DNA of 64,000 nt from an uncultured Gemmatimonadales bacterium (GCA_963821525.1 CAWGED010000005.1:544001-608000); one strand, 5' to 3'. Shown: positions 31,997 to 42,723, counted from the stretch's first letter. The notes: generated by a model not told the origin, from the sequence alone. Numbers and translations are program-made.

Positions 31997-32485
31997 ATGC
32001 CGAATATTCATCCGACCGCGTTCGTAGCTCCGGGCGCGGTGGTTTTGGGCGACGTGACGCTGGCCAGCGAGTCGAGCGTCTGGTTCGCCGCAGTCCTCCG
32101 GGGCGACATGGCGCCGATCTCGATCGGAGAGCAGAGCAATATCCAGGACGGCACCATCGTCCACGTGGACGAGGGCGAGCCCTGCATCGTGGGACCCCGG
32201 GTCGGCGTCGGGCACCGGGTGATCCTTCACGGCTGCCGGGTTGAGGAGGAGTGCCTGATCGGAATGGGCAGCATCCTGCTCAACGGTGTGGTGGTGGGGA
32301 AGGGGAGTGTCATCGCAGCGGGGGCGGTATTGAAGGAAGGGATGGTGGTGCCGCCCGGGTCGCTGGTGATGGGGGTGCCGGGGAAGGTGGTGCGGCAGGT
32401 CGATGAGGAGTTGGCGCGACGGATTGAGGGAACGTGGAGACATTATGTGGGACAGGCGAGACGGTATAAGGGCGGAGCATTGTGA
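31997..32485 (+). CDS. gamma carbonic anhydrase family protein
   Basis: Hexapeptide repeats, VLRGD, SNIQDG, GHRVILHGC. Confidence 0.9.
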   Translation: MPNIHPTAFVAPGAVVLGDVTLASESSVWFAAVLRGDMAPISIGEQSNIQDGTIVHVDEGEPCIVGPRVGVGHRVILHGCRVEEECLIGMGSILLNGVVVGKGSVIAAGAVLKEGMVVPPGSLVMGVPGKVVRQVDEELARRIEGTWRHYVGQARRYKGGAL

Positions 32486-32874
32486 ATGGGGAGTAGGGAA
32501 TAGGGAGTAGGGAGTAAGGGAGGCTAGGTCCCTCGTCGCTTCGCTCCTCGGGATGAGGTGCACTTTCGCTTCGGCCTGCCTGCAGATGCCGTCGCCTGTC
32601 GCTTTTGTCGCCGGTCGCCTTCGAATCGACTAGAACCTCTACACCACAACCCCTACTCCCTACTCCCTTCCACCTCTCTCCCCATCGCAGATCCCGACGT
32701 GTCCACCACATTTGTGATGTGAAAACCCATCTACGGCTAAATTCCGCCACTATCCAGCGTATTGATGCGAGCACCCTGCTTCCGTACCTTTGAACTCCGT
32801 TTTTCTTCCCGCTGATCACTTCGTTATCATTCGATCATACCCTTGTGACACTCGTTCGAACGAGTGACAGGCCC

Positions 32875-35399
32875 ATGGCGACTTCCCCGGCTTCGAAACG
32901 CTCCCTGCAACTCTCGCCCAACGCTCTCACCGTGCTGGAAAAGCGCTACCTGATCAAGGATGACGCAGGCCAGCCGGTCGAAGAGGCCGCCGACCTGTTC
33001 TGGCGGGTGGCCCGGACGGTGGCGGAGCCGGATCGCAGATATGGAGCGTCCACCGGCGCCGTCGAGGCCGTGGCCGAGGCGTTCTTCGGTCTGATGGCGA
33101 ACCGGATGTTCATGCCCAACTCGCCGACCCTGATGAATGCGGGCCGGCCCCTGGGGCAGCTCTCCGCCTGCTTCGTCCTGCCGGTCGAGGACACCCTCTC
33201 CAACGGCCGGGACGGCATCTACGACACCCTCCGGGCGATGGCCCTGGTCCACCAGTCGGGCGGAGGGACCGGGTTCTCCTTCTCCCGGCTCCGGCCCAAG
33301 AACGACATCGTCCGCTCCACGATGGGCGTCGCCTCGGGTCCGGTCTCCTTCATGAGCCTGTACGACGCGTCGACCGACGTGGTCAAGCAGGGCGGCACCC
33401 GTCGGGGCGCCAACATGGGCATCCTGCGGGTGGATCATCCGGATATCATGGATTTCATCACCTGCAAGGACGACACGACCAAGATCACCAACTTCAATAT
33501 CTCGGTCGCGGTCACCGACGCCTTCATGGCGGCGGTCGAGGATGATGGTGAGTACGACCTGATCCATCCCAAGACCAAGGAGCCGGTCGGGCAAGCTCAA
33601 GGCCCGGGAGGTCTGGGAGAAGATCATCCACGGCGCCTGGAAGACCGGCGAGCCCGGCGTCTTCTTCATCGACCGCGCCAACTACTACAACCCGGTGCCG
33701 CACCTCGGCGCCTACGAGGCCACCAATCCCTGCGGCGAGCAGCCTCTGCTGCCTTACGACGTCTGCAACCTCGGCTCGATCAACGTCGGGTACTTCGTCA
33801 AGGACGGGGCGATCGACTGGGACCACATGCGGCAGGTGATTCACCTGTCCACCCACTTCCTCGAGAACGTCATCGACGCCAACAACTACCCGTTGGTGGA
33901 GATCGACGAGCTGTCGAAGCGGATCCGGCGCATCGGCCTCGGCGTCATGGGTATGGCGGACCTGCTGGTCCGGCTCGGCATCCCCTACGACTCCGACGAA
34001 GGGGTCGAGATGGGCCGCAAGATCATGAAGTTCGTGGACGACGAGGCCAAGGTGGAGTCGGAGCGCCTCGCCATGCAGCGCGGGGTGTTCTACGAGTGGG
34101 AGAAGAGCATCTGGGGCCTGGACGGCACCTGCGCCCGGAACGAGCTAGGCGAGCGGATCCGTCCCATGAAGCGGCTCCGGAACTGCAACGTCACCACCGT
34201 GGCGCCCACCGGGACCATCTCGATCATCGCCGGGTGCAGCTCGGGGATCGAGCCGCTCTTCGCCGTGGCGTTCATGCGGAACCAGGCCGGCGTCCTGATG
34301 CCCGATGTGAACGAGGACTTCATCGCCATCGCGAAGAAGGAAGGCTGGTACTCCGACGAGCTGATGCAGCGGATCGCCGGCCACCGGATCGATCGTCTTC
34401 GACGAAGTGCCGGAGAAGTGGCAGCGGGTCTTCACCACCGCGAACGACATCAAGCCGGAGTGGCACATCCGGATGCAGGCGGCGTTCCAGGAATACAACG
34501 ACTCGGCGATCTCCAAGACCTGCAACTTCGCCCACGACGCGTCGGAGGAGTACGTCGAGGAGATCTATCGCCTCGCCTACAAGCTCAACTGCAAAGGCGT
34601 CACGGTCTATCGCGACGGCAGCCGGGACATGCAGGTCTTGTCGACTGGCTCCACAGCAAAGAAGGTTGTCGAAGCGGTCGGACAGGGCGGGCAACAATCG
34701 TCCGACTCGTCCGTCTCGACCGCCCCGTCCGTCCGCGACAATGCTGACCTCCACGGCGAGCTCGCAGAAATTCGGGCCGAAAATGAGCGACTCCGCCGGA
34801 TCGTCCACGACCTCGAGGCCGAGAACCTCCAGCGGCGCCAGAAGCGGTCGCGGCCCGAGACGCTGAAGGGCGTCACCCGCCGGGTCGAGACGCCGCTGGG
34901 CACGCTCTACGTCACCATCACCGAAGACGACCGGGGTCAGGCGTTCGAGGTCTTCATGAGCCTCGGCAAGGCCGGCGGCGCGTTGATGGCGGACGTCGAA
35001 GCGATGGGCCGGCTCATCAGCCTGGCGCTCCGCTCGGGGATCCCGATGCGGGAACTCCACCGCCAGCTCCGCGGCATCAGCTCCGACCGGGTCATGGGCC
35101 TGGGACCGAACAAGGTCCTCTCGGTGCCGGACGCGGTCGGCATCGCGATGGAGAAGTGGATGCAGGAGAAGAATGGGATTCAGCAGGAACTGCTTCCCAG
35201 CGTCAACACCGGCGAATATCCGGTCATCGAGCTGGTCCAGCGGCCGCTATCTCCTGAAGGGATTGCCGCCGAGGCGGAGCAGATGGGCCTCGCCATCGGC
35301 CCGACGCTGACGGGTGCCTGCCCCGACTGCGGCTCGCAGCTGGAGTTTGCCGAGGGGTGCATGAAGTGTCACGTGTGCGGATTCAGCGAATGCGGGTAG
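32875..35399 (+). CDS. nrdJ: adenosylcobalamin-dependent (class II) ribonucleotide reductase with C-terminal TSCPD and zinc ribbon (frameshifts at about 33598 and 34380)
   Basis: [61 protein letters not shown]...CHVCG. Confidence 0.95.
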
Positions 35400-35495
35400 G
35401 GGCGACCCTCGTGGTCGCCTAGGCAGGGCGGGCACAAGACCCGCCCGAACGGTGAACGGTGAACGGGCCGAAGGGGCGACCCTTGTGGTCGCCCG
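35396..35495. repeat. GTAG-type REP-like palindromes
   Basis: gtaggggcgaccctcgtggtcgcc, gggcgggcacaagacccgccc and aggggcgacccttgtggtcgccc. Confidence 0.7.
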
Positions 35496-35520
35496 GGGCT
35501 TAACGTAGAACCAGATCGCT

Positions 35521-35592
35521 GTCATTCCGAGGGTCCCCTGAGCAAAGCGAAGGGACCCGAGAGCCTGCCCTGAGCGTAGCGAAGGGAATCTC
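35521..35592. repeat. gtcat(t/c)ccgag...gcgaag...gaatct REP-like element (relatives at about 32527, 44538, 50162, 51157 and 51218)
   Basis: The shared motif is seen six times in the window, in both orientations. Confidence 0.75.
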
Positions 35593-35708
35593 AAAGGTAG
35601 GCACGCAGCAAGAACAGCAGTTTAAAACCGACAGCTAAACCACTGATGGACCAGGAAATCAGACGGGGCGGCCAGGCGGTCGCCCCGTTCTGTTGTGCGA
35701 AACGAGAC

Positions 35709-36569
35709 ATGCGCCCTGTTCTGTACTTAGATACGAACCATATCTCAGAGATTGCACGTCACCCGGATCGTGCGGATTCCCAGCCAGTAGTAGCGGCTCT
35801 ACAGGGCAGCCGTGCTGCGCTGGCCATAACGCTCATCCATTTCGTGGAGCTGTCAGATCCTGGCTTCTCGAGCTTCACCGCAGTACGAGATCTGCTTCGC
35901 AGTGTGCCCGTGGCATGGACTGGCAGCACAACTGAGGTCTGGGATTCGGAGATCGCTGTTGCATGCGCTCGGGCACGCGGTATAACACGTGAACCACCCC
36001 GAGTGTTCCATAAGGACGCACTTGACTGGAGTCGCGGACCCTCACCAACAAGCGATGACGCCGGTACTTTCTTGGAGGACCTCGTCAAACAATCTGAATT
36101 GCGAGAGGGATTGTTGGATGTGGCCAAAGAGGCCGGCACAAGTGTCGATGATCAAGACTGAAGCGGTACTTGTGAAGGAACCGGTGTTCCCTCTTAGGAT
36201 TGGCGTGCAAGATCACCTTGATTCATGGCGCGCCCGTAACTGGGACTATGCTCTCGGGTTGGATGCCGATGACATCATCCGAAGTGCCGGTGGCCCTCCA
36301 GGTTTTCCTTCGCTGCATACCTATCACTCGACTCTTAGGGGCGATTGAAGCAGCAGTCGAAAAGCACCAAAAATGATGTGTTTGATGAATATCACGCGGC
36401 GTATGCGCCTTATGCAGCTGTTACAGCGCTCGATCGTGCTACAGTGTCGCTACTCAAAGCTGCTGGGCTGAACGTGGTACACCGAGTGACGTCGTTTCTT
36501 AGCGACGTACCAGGGATACTGGAAAGAGTGGAGCGAGGTGCAATCACTCCCGTCGCCTCAGCAACGTGA
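35709..36569 (+). CDS. hypothetical PIN-like protein (three frames), lower GC than its flanks
   Basis: N-terminal VLYLDTN and HFVE; C-terminal NDVFDEYHAAYAPY...TALD. ORFs 35646-36161, 35989-36348 and 36345-36569 join by single indels. Confidence 0.55.
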
Positions 36570-36614
36570 TGATGCCAACACCTGTGCCCATTCTCAAATC
36601 CTTTCGAGTGCACT

Positions 36615-37109
36615 ATGACAATCGGCCAATCTCTCCTCCCCGAATTCGATCAGGAAATGATGCTGACTCGCAGGCTCCTGGAACGGGTGCCGAGCGAAAA
36701 GGTCCAGTGGAAGCCGCATCCGAAATCGTTCCCCCTGGGGCACCTGTCCCAACTGGTGGCGTGGATCCCGGGCTGGATCACCAACACCCTGCGCAAACCC
36801 GAGCTGGACCTCGCGGCCGGCGGCGGCGGTTACTCCTTCGAGACCACCGACAACCTGGTCAAGCTGCTGGACGAGAACGTTCGCGGCGCGCGCGAGGCGC
36901 TGGCCGAGGTGAATGATGCGACCTTCGCGCAGCCCTGGTCGCTCAAGATGGGCGAGAAAGTTTTGTTCAGCGCGCCGAAAGGCGTCGTGGTGCGGAACCA
37001 CATCAGCCATCTGGTGCACCATCGCGGACAGCTCACGGTCTATCTGCGCCTGCTGGATGTGCCGCTGCCGGTGATCTATGGGCCGACCGCCGACGAGAAG
37101 CCCTGGTAA
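36615..37109 (+). CDS. DinB/YfiT-family protein
   Basis: TRRLLERVP, WKPHPKS and HLVHHRGQLTVYLR...YGP. Confidence 0.9.
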   Translation: MTIGQSLLPEFDQEMMLTRRLLERVPSEKVQWKPHPKSFPLGHLSQLVAWIPGWITNTLRKPELDLAAGGGGYSFETTDNLVKLLDENVRGAREALAEVNDATFAQPWSLKMGEKVLFSAPKGVVVRNHISHLVHHRGQLTVYLRLLDVPLPVIYGPTADEKPW

Positions 37110-37227
37110 TGTCGCCCACTCGACGCGAAGTCCTGACCCAGCTCGCCGCCGTCGCCGTCCTCCCGCTTCGTGGCTGGGTCCGGACCGACCAGGACCCGCT
37201 CGACGGCACCATCGCCGACTATCAGGC
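37109..37227 (+). pseudogene. 5' fragment duplicate of the amidase gene at 39952
   Basis: 119 bp matching 39952-40070 with 3 mismatches by manual alignment, then an abrupt break. Confidence 0.85.
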
Positions 37228-37304
37228 GAGGGGATCCTCATCGGCGTGCTGGTTTGTGCTGCGGCCGGCGTTCGGGATCGTGACAGCGGCCGCAGCCCCG
37301 GACC

Positions 37305-38927
37305 TCACGCGTACACCGGGTACGCCGCGTCATACATGTGGCGCCGGATCTCACCCCGGACATCCGCCGGCCTCGGGGCACGTGCCAGTCCCTCGGCCCA
37401 GGCGACCTCGGCCACCGCCTCCGCGATCGCCGCCGAGACCTGGCGGATGTCGCGGAGCCGCGGAAAGAGGAGGCCGCTGTCGAGCGACGCCTGACTCACG
37501 CCCGTGGCGAGCGTCCGGGCCGCGGCATGGAACATCGCATCGGTCACCCGTTTCGCCCGCGCGACGATCAGTCCGAGACCCACCCCAGGGAAGATGTACG
37601 CGTTGTTGCCCTGGCCCGGTACCAGCGTCCGCTCTCCCAGCCGCACCGGCTCAAACGGGCTGCCGCTGGCGAACACCGCGCGCCCCTCCGACCATTGATA
37701 AGCCTCCAGGGCGGTGCACTCCGACTTGCTGGTCGGATTGGAAAGCGGAAAGATGAGGGGCCGGGCGTTGATCCGCGCCATCGCCCGGATCACCGGTTCC
37801 GTAAAGGTCCGGGGCTGCGCCGACACGCCGACGATGGCGGTGGGCCGGAGCGACTCGACGGCGGCCAGCAGGTCGGCCGCCGGCGAGTGATCATGGGCGT
37901 AGGGCAGTTTGTACTCCGCCAGCCCGGTCCGGCTCTGAACCACCAGGCCGCGGGAATCCAAGAACCAGCAATGGGTCCGCGCCTCCGCCAGCGGGATCCC
38001 CTCACGCACCATGGCGGAGACGATCAGGTCCGCGATCCCCGTCGCCGCCGACCCCGCCCCCAGAAACAGCACCCGCTGCTCGGTGATCGGCTGCCCGGTG
38101 ATCCGCGCGGCGGAGAGCAACCCGGCCAGCGTCACGGCGGCCGTACCCTGGATGTCGTCGTTGAAGCAGCAGACCCGGTCTCGGAAGCGCGCCAACAGGT
38201 GGATGGCGTTCTCCGTCGCGAAGTCCTCGAACTGAATGACCGCCTCCGGGAAGACCTCCTGCACCGCCACCACGAACTCCTCCACCAGCTCGTCATAGGG
38301 GACCCCGCGCACCCGCTCCTGCAGCAATCCCAGATACAGCGGGTCGTTCCGGATCCCGGCCTGGTTGGTGCCCACATCGATGGTCACCGGAAGGCACCGG
38401 GCCGGATGCACGCCAGCACAGGCGGTGTACAGCGACAGCTTTCCGATCGGGATCCCCATGCCGTTGGCGCCGAGGTCCCCCAGGCCCAGAATCCGCTCAC
38501 CATCGGTCACGACAATCATGCCGATGTTCCGCTCCGGCCAGTTCTCGAGAATCCGCTTGACCCGGCCCCGGTCCAGGTCGGTGACGTAGAGCCCGCGAGG
38601 CCGACGGAAGATGTGCCCGAACTTGACGCACGCCTCGCCGACCGTCGGGGTGTAGATGATTGGCATCATCTCCTCGACATGCTCCATCACCGTCCGGTAG
38701 AACAGATGTTCGTTCCGGTCCATGAGACTGATGAGGTAGATGTACTGCTCGAGCGCACTCGATTTCTGCCGGAAGTTCTCGAGGATTCTGGCCTGCTGCT
38801 CTACCTGGGTGCTCACCCGCGGGGGCAGGAGGCCGCGAAGCCCGAGTGCGTCTCGCTCGGCATCCGTGAAGCCGGTGCCCTTGTTGCGCTGGGGGTCGTG
38901 CAGGTAATCGAACGCGGAGAGGGACAT
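37305..38927 (-). CDS. maeA: NAD-dependent malic enzyme
   Basis: NKGTGF, IIYTPTVG, VTDGERILGLGDLG, QFEDF, FNDDIQGT, GAGSAATG, LSNPT, GQGNN. Confidence 0.93.
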   Translation of the reverse strand: MSLSAFDYLHDPQRNKGTGFTDAERDALGLRGLLPPRVSTQVEQQARILENFRQKSSALEQYIYLISLMDRNEHLFYRTVMEHVEEMMPIIYTPTVGEACVKFGHIFRRPRGLYVTDLDRGRVKRILENWPERNIGMIVVTDGERILGLGDLGANGMGIPIGKLSLYTACAGVHPARCLPVTIDVGTNQAGIRNDPLYLGLLQERVRGVPYDELVEEFVVAVQEVFPEAVIQFEDFATENAIHLLARFRDRVCCFNDDIQGTAAVTLAGLLSAARITGQPITEQRVLFLGAGSAATGIADLIVSAMVREGIPLAEARTHCWFLDSRGLVVQSRTGLAEYKLPYAHDHSPAADLLAAVESLRPTAIVGVSAQPRTFTEPVIRAMARINARPLIFPLSNPTSKSECTALEAYQWSEGRAVFASGSPFEPVRLGERTLVPGQGNNAYIFPGVGLGLIVARAKRVTDAMFHAAARTLATGVSQASLDSGLLFPRLRDIRQVSAAIAEAVAEVAWAEGLARAPRPADVRGEIRRHMYDAAYPVYA

Positions 38928-39726
38928 GGTTGAGGTCGTCCTTTGAGGTTGTCGGTAATCAGCTATCAGGTTCTGCAATCAGGTATCAGGCATCAGGAAT
39001 CAGGTATCAGGTACCCCGGCGACGCAATCGCCTTCCTCATCCCGAGTCGATCCCGCGCTCCATCGGTCCGTACGCGTGGCACCCGAGCGGCAGACGACTC
39101 TCCGAATGGCTGCTGGCGAATCCCTCGCGGCCTGTTTACTTATTTCTCATCCACGCGACAAGTAGCTGGCCCCCGACGGAGCGGGAGCCACCCCGCGCGG
39201 GCGAAGTCGTAGGTGAAGAGCGCGAGGTGGCCAGACCCAACTCCCCGCGGCATCCGGTGCCCGCCAGCTGGGCTTCGAATCTCTGCGCGCCGATCGTCGA
39301 ATCGCCCTCGACCCCGGCGAGAGCCACGGCCACGACAGATGTGAATACGAAATCCGCCTGGTCCCCGGATGGGAAGTGGCAGGATTCCCGCCTGGCGGAG
39401 AAGAGCACGAGCGGATTGCGGTCCCGAGTGTGGAGGCCGGGAGTCGAGCGCGCTAGAGACTTCAGCCCAACTCCCGGCGATGGAAGATCCGCCTCGCCTA
39501 TGGCACTGACGATGACCGCGCCTCGAAGAACCGCGTGAGAAGTAAGAAATGAGACGTGCGAGGTTCGCTGCGTCAGATGTCGGAGAGTGACAACTGAGAG
39601 GGTTCTGCAGCGAGGGCAGGTCCATATCTCACGTCTTACTACTCACGTCTCACGTTTTTAAGACTGGATGACCCCGTCGCCCCGGTGGAACCTCCCGGCA
39701 TGGTTTCCCTTGCCGAATGGCCACAT

Positions 39727-39842
39727 GTGCCCAAGCGCAACGATGGATGCGTAAGAAGCGTCAGAAGGACGCTTCCCAAATTGCAAGGAGCGACGAGCTG
39801 AAGGTGCAGATCAAGGCGGAACGCGCCGCCCTCCCGGAGTAG
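39727..39842 (+). pseudogene. degenerate copy of the small gene at 42218
   Basis: gtgcccaagcgcaacgatggatgcgtaagaagcgtcagaagg aligns with gtgcccaagcgcaactatggattcgagaagcgtcagaagg, with indels and substitutions. Confidence 0.7.
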
Positions 39843-39951
39843 GATCCGCACTCTGTACCCTGACCGTCGTACCCTCCCTCCGGAGGCTCTGTTCGGTATT
39901 CTGCAGATCCGAGGCCCGCACCCTTTCGAACACACACCAGCAGCCGGGGGC

Positions 39952-41535
39952 ATGTCGCCGACCCGACGCGAAGTCCTGGCCCAGCTCGCCGCCGTCGCCG
40001 TCCTCCCGCTTCGTGGCTGGGTCCGGACCGACCAGGACCCGCTCGACGGCACCATCGCCGACTATCAGGCCGGCCGCCGGCGCGGGGAGTGGACCGCCCT
40101 CGAGGTCACGACCCGGGCACTCGAACGCTGTCGCGCCGAGGGGATGAGATGGCGCGCGATCGACGTCCTCTCGCCTTCTGCCCTGGACGAGGCGCGCGCA
40201 GCCGACGCCCGCCTGCGCGCCGGCACGATGCACGGACCGCTCGACGGCGTCCCGGTGTTCGCCAAGGCGATCTACGACATGCAGGGGCTGCCGACTACCG
40301 GATCCAACGCCGATTGGGCGCGGCTTTTCCCGGAGCTGCTGCGCCGCGACGCGCTCGAGGTGTCGCGACTCCGTGCGGCGGGTGCCATCGTCCTCGGGAA
40401 GACTGCCGCCGACGACTTCGCCTACCACGGCAACGGCACCAGCAGCCACACCGGCCAGGTGCTGAATCCGCACGATCCGACCGGCACCAAGACACCGGGA
40501 GGATCCAGCGCCGGCACGGCGGTCGCGGTCGCGGCCGGAATGGCCTTCGCGGGACTCGGCACCGACGACGGCGGCTCCAACCGCATCCCGGCGCAGTTCA
40601 CCGGAGTCGTCGGGATGAAGCCGACCTTCGGCCTCGTCCCGCGCACCGGGGTGATCCCGACCTGGCCCTACCTCGATACCCACGGGCCGCTCGCCCGCAC
40701 GGTCGCGGATGCGGCACTCCTCCTCGCCGCGATCGCGGGGCCGGACCGGTCGGACCCGCTGGCGCTCACCGGCAAGTGGGACAGCGCTCCGCTCCTGACG
40801 CTGCGCGACGACGCACTTGCCGGCGTGCGGCTCGGACTGGTGGAGGCGCATGTCCCGCGCAAGCAGATGACGGCGGAGGCGCTCGCGATGTGGGACCGAG
40901 CGGTAGGCGACCTCCGCGCGGCCGGTGCCGTGGTCGAGCCCTTCACGCCGGCGGTAACGCTTGCGACCTACCGGAGTGCCTTCGCCGCGGCCTCGGGCCG
41001 CCGCGGCGACGTGGTCGGCGACCCCAAGGCGCCGGCTCCCACGGCCAACGCGCTCTATCACTACTTCGCTCGGCGCACCAGCAAAGCTCGAGAGGCGGTG
41101 CGCCAGGGCTACCCGGCCTACCGCGCCTTCTACGACGTGCTGCCCGAGACCTTCGAAGAGTGCGAACCGCTGCTCGACCAGCCACTCACCGGGGACCAGG
41201 CGGGGAGTGCCTTCGCCCGCTCCCGCGCCGAGGTCGTGGCAATGTTGGCGGAGTCGATGGGTGCGGCCGGTGTCGCGGCGATGGTGTATCCCACCATGCC
41301 CTTCAACGCTCCCCGCGTCGTCGATGACTGGCCGGACATCCGCACCACGCTCGGTTACGGCAACTGGCTCGGCTTGCCCGAGGTCTCGGTTCCCGCGGGG
41401 TTCGGTGCGGATGGGATGCCGGCGATGAACCTCTCAGTAGTGGGGCTTCCGGGCGAGGATGCGCGAGTGCTGGCACTGGCGCATGGGTATGAGCGGCAGT
41501 CGCGGCGGTTCGTCGCGCCGGCGAGAGCGGGGTGA
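39952..41535 (+). CDS. amidase-signature family enzyme with Tat-like N-terminus
   Basis: TRREVL; GPLDGVP..AK, GGSSAG, GTDDGGSNRIPA, GPLARTV. Confidence 0.9.
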   Translation: MSPTRREVLAQLAAVAVLPLRGWVRTDQDPLDGTIADYQAGRRRGEWTALEVTTRALERCRAEGMRWRAIDVLSPSALDEARAADARLRAGTMHGPLDGVPVFAKAIYDMQGLPTTGSNADWARLFPELLRRDALEVSRLRAAGAIVLGKTAADDFAYHGNGTSSHTGQVLNPHDPTGTKTPGGSSAGTAVAVAAGMAFAGLGTDDGGSNRIPAQFTGVVGMKPTFGLVPRTGVIPTWPYLDTHGPLARTVADAALLLAAIAGPDRSDPLALTGKWDSAPLLTLRDDALAGVRLGLVEAHVPRKQMTAEALAMWDRAVGDLRAAGAVVEPFTPAVTLATYRSAFAAASGRRGDVVGDPKAPAPTANALYHYFARRTSKAREAVRQGYPAYRAFYDVLPETFEECEPLLDQPLTGDQAGSAFARSRAEVVAMLAESMGAAGVAAMVYPTMPFNAPRVVDDWPDIRTTLGYGNWLGLPEVSVPAGFGADGMPAMNLSVVGLPGEDARVLALAHGYERQSRRFVAPARAG

Positions 41536-42089
41536 CCATGTCCCTCCAACTCCGCTCCCCCGGCTACGCCAGCGCTCAACTCCTCACGTCCGTGGAGCGG
41601 ATCCTGAGCAGCACCGCGCTCTGCTCCATGGCGACGACCAGCGAAGCGGGCACGGTGGACATCAACACCGCGTTCTTCGCAGTGGGGTCGGATCTGCTGC
41701 TGTACTTCCTCTCGCACCCCAACGCGGCCCACTCCCGGAACCTCACTCATATCCCTGTGATGGCGATGACGGTGTTCGACTCCCATCAGGAGTGGGGACG
41801 GCCCCATCTTGGGCTGCAGTTGTTCGGTAACGCAGAGCGCGTTGCCTCGACCATGGTGGAGCAGGCCCGCGCGTTTTACGCCGCGCGCTTCACAGGCTAC
41901 TTCGATCGTGTGGTCAGGGCGGAAGAGTCGGGTGGAACCGCAGAGGCGGGGGTGGTCGGACTGCAGCTCTACGTCTTCACTCCGACGCGGCTCAAGCTGC
42001 TGGACGAGCCGACGTTCGGGGACGGGGTATTCATCCCAGTGGAGGTGGTGCGGGCTACAATCTCCGCCCCGTCGTCAGCACCACACTGA
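41532..42089 (+). CDS. pyridoxamine 5'-phosphate oxidase-like (split-barrel) protein
   Basis: LCSMAT, LYFLS...HSRNL, GLQLFG. Confidence 0.75.
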   Translation: MTMSLQLRSPGYASAQLLTSVERILSSTALCSMATTSEAGTVDINTAFFAVGSDLLLYFLSHPNAAHSRNLTHIPVMAMTVFDSHQEWGRPHLGLQLFGNAERVASTMVEQARAFYAARFTGYFDRVVRAEESGGTAEAGVVGLQLYVFTPTRLKLLDEPTFGDGVFIPVEVVRATISAPSSAPH

Positions 42090-42217
42090 ACCTCGCCTTC
42101 CCACTCATCATCCGGCGCCCTTCTCACCTCTCACATCTCACTTCTCACGCTTTTCAGCTAGATTACCCCGTCGCTCGATTAGCCCCCGGGCCCCTCATCC
42201 CCGTGCCGAAAGGCCAT

Positions 42218-42379
42218 GTGCCCAAGCGCAACTATGGATTCGAGAAGCGTCAGAAGGAGCTTGCCAAACTCCAGAAACGCGAGCAGAAGGCTCAGCGGCG
42301 GGCGGAGCGAGCCGCCAGTCCCGAGGAGCCGGAGCTGGAGGTTCAACCCACCGACCCTTCCGTTCCTCCAGAGGAGTGA
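42218..42379 (+). CDS. small basic-then-acidic protein (53 aa; not in ORF track in this frame)
   Basis: Manual translation MPKRNYGFEKRQKELAKLQKREQKAQRRAERAASPEEPELEVQPTDPSVPPEE, with GAAAGG upstream. Confidence 0.7.
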   Translation: MPKRNYGFEKRQKELAKLQKREQKAQRRAERAASPEEPELEVQPTDPSVPPEE

Positions 42380-42389
42380 GGGGCAGAAC

Positions 42390-42479
42390 AATTGGAAATT
42401 GGTAATTGCAAATTGATAATTGGCTTCTGACTCGAGGCTCGCTATCAATTACAAATTACCAATTCCCAATTCCCAATTG
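42390..42479. repeat. inverted heptamer arrays (aattggt-like vs aattacc-like)
   Basis: The same family occurs at 43655-43742, 44570-44600, 47100-47209 and about 10700-10735. Confidence 0.85.
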
Positions 42480-42490
42480 CCTCGACGGTC

Positions 42491-42646
42491 TTAGTGACTC
42501 GTCCGTATGATGATGGTGTCCTTCATGATGAAGCCGCCCTTGGGACCCTCGCTCCGGACCGACAAATCCTTCAGGGTCCGCTTGGCGAGGGATAGCCGCT
42601 TGGTGCCGTCCTTCGCTTTGTTCTCTGCCTTCCGTGGTGCCGACAT
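42491..42646 (-). CDS. double-glycine leader precursor peptide 3 (51 aa)
   Basis: MSAPRKAENKAKDGTKRLSLAKRTLKDLSVRSEGPKGG-FIMKDTIIIRTSH, with RBS AGGAGG. Confidence 0.85.
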   Translation of the reverse strand: MSAPRKAENKAKDGTKRLSLAKRTLKDLSVRSEGPKGGFIMKDTIIIRTSH

Positions 42647-42723
42647 CTTGCCCTCCTGAGACTAGTGAGTGAGATCTGGAATCTCGTTGTGTAACTGATC
42701 AGTCGAGGCCTGTTGGTCTAAGA

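Noticed and set aside
32640..32765. NrdR boxes upstream of nrdJ (e.g. ccaccacatttgtgat at about 32703)
   Set aside because: The match to the consensus is only partial by eye and needs a PWM scan. No cobalamin riboswitch was recognised either.
34320..34460. Intein or intron in nrdJ
   Set aside because: The joined frames give a normal-length class II RNR with no splice motifs or endonuclease insert.
39015..39540. Gene in the gap between maeA and the amidase (ORFs 38930-39538 + and 39136-39625 -)
   Set aside because: No recognisable motif or convincing start on either strand. It may be a decayed gene, but I cannot support a call.
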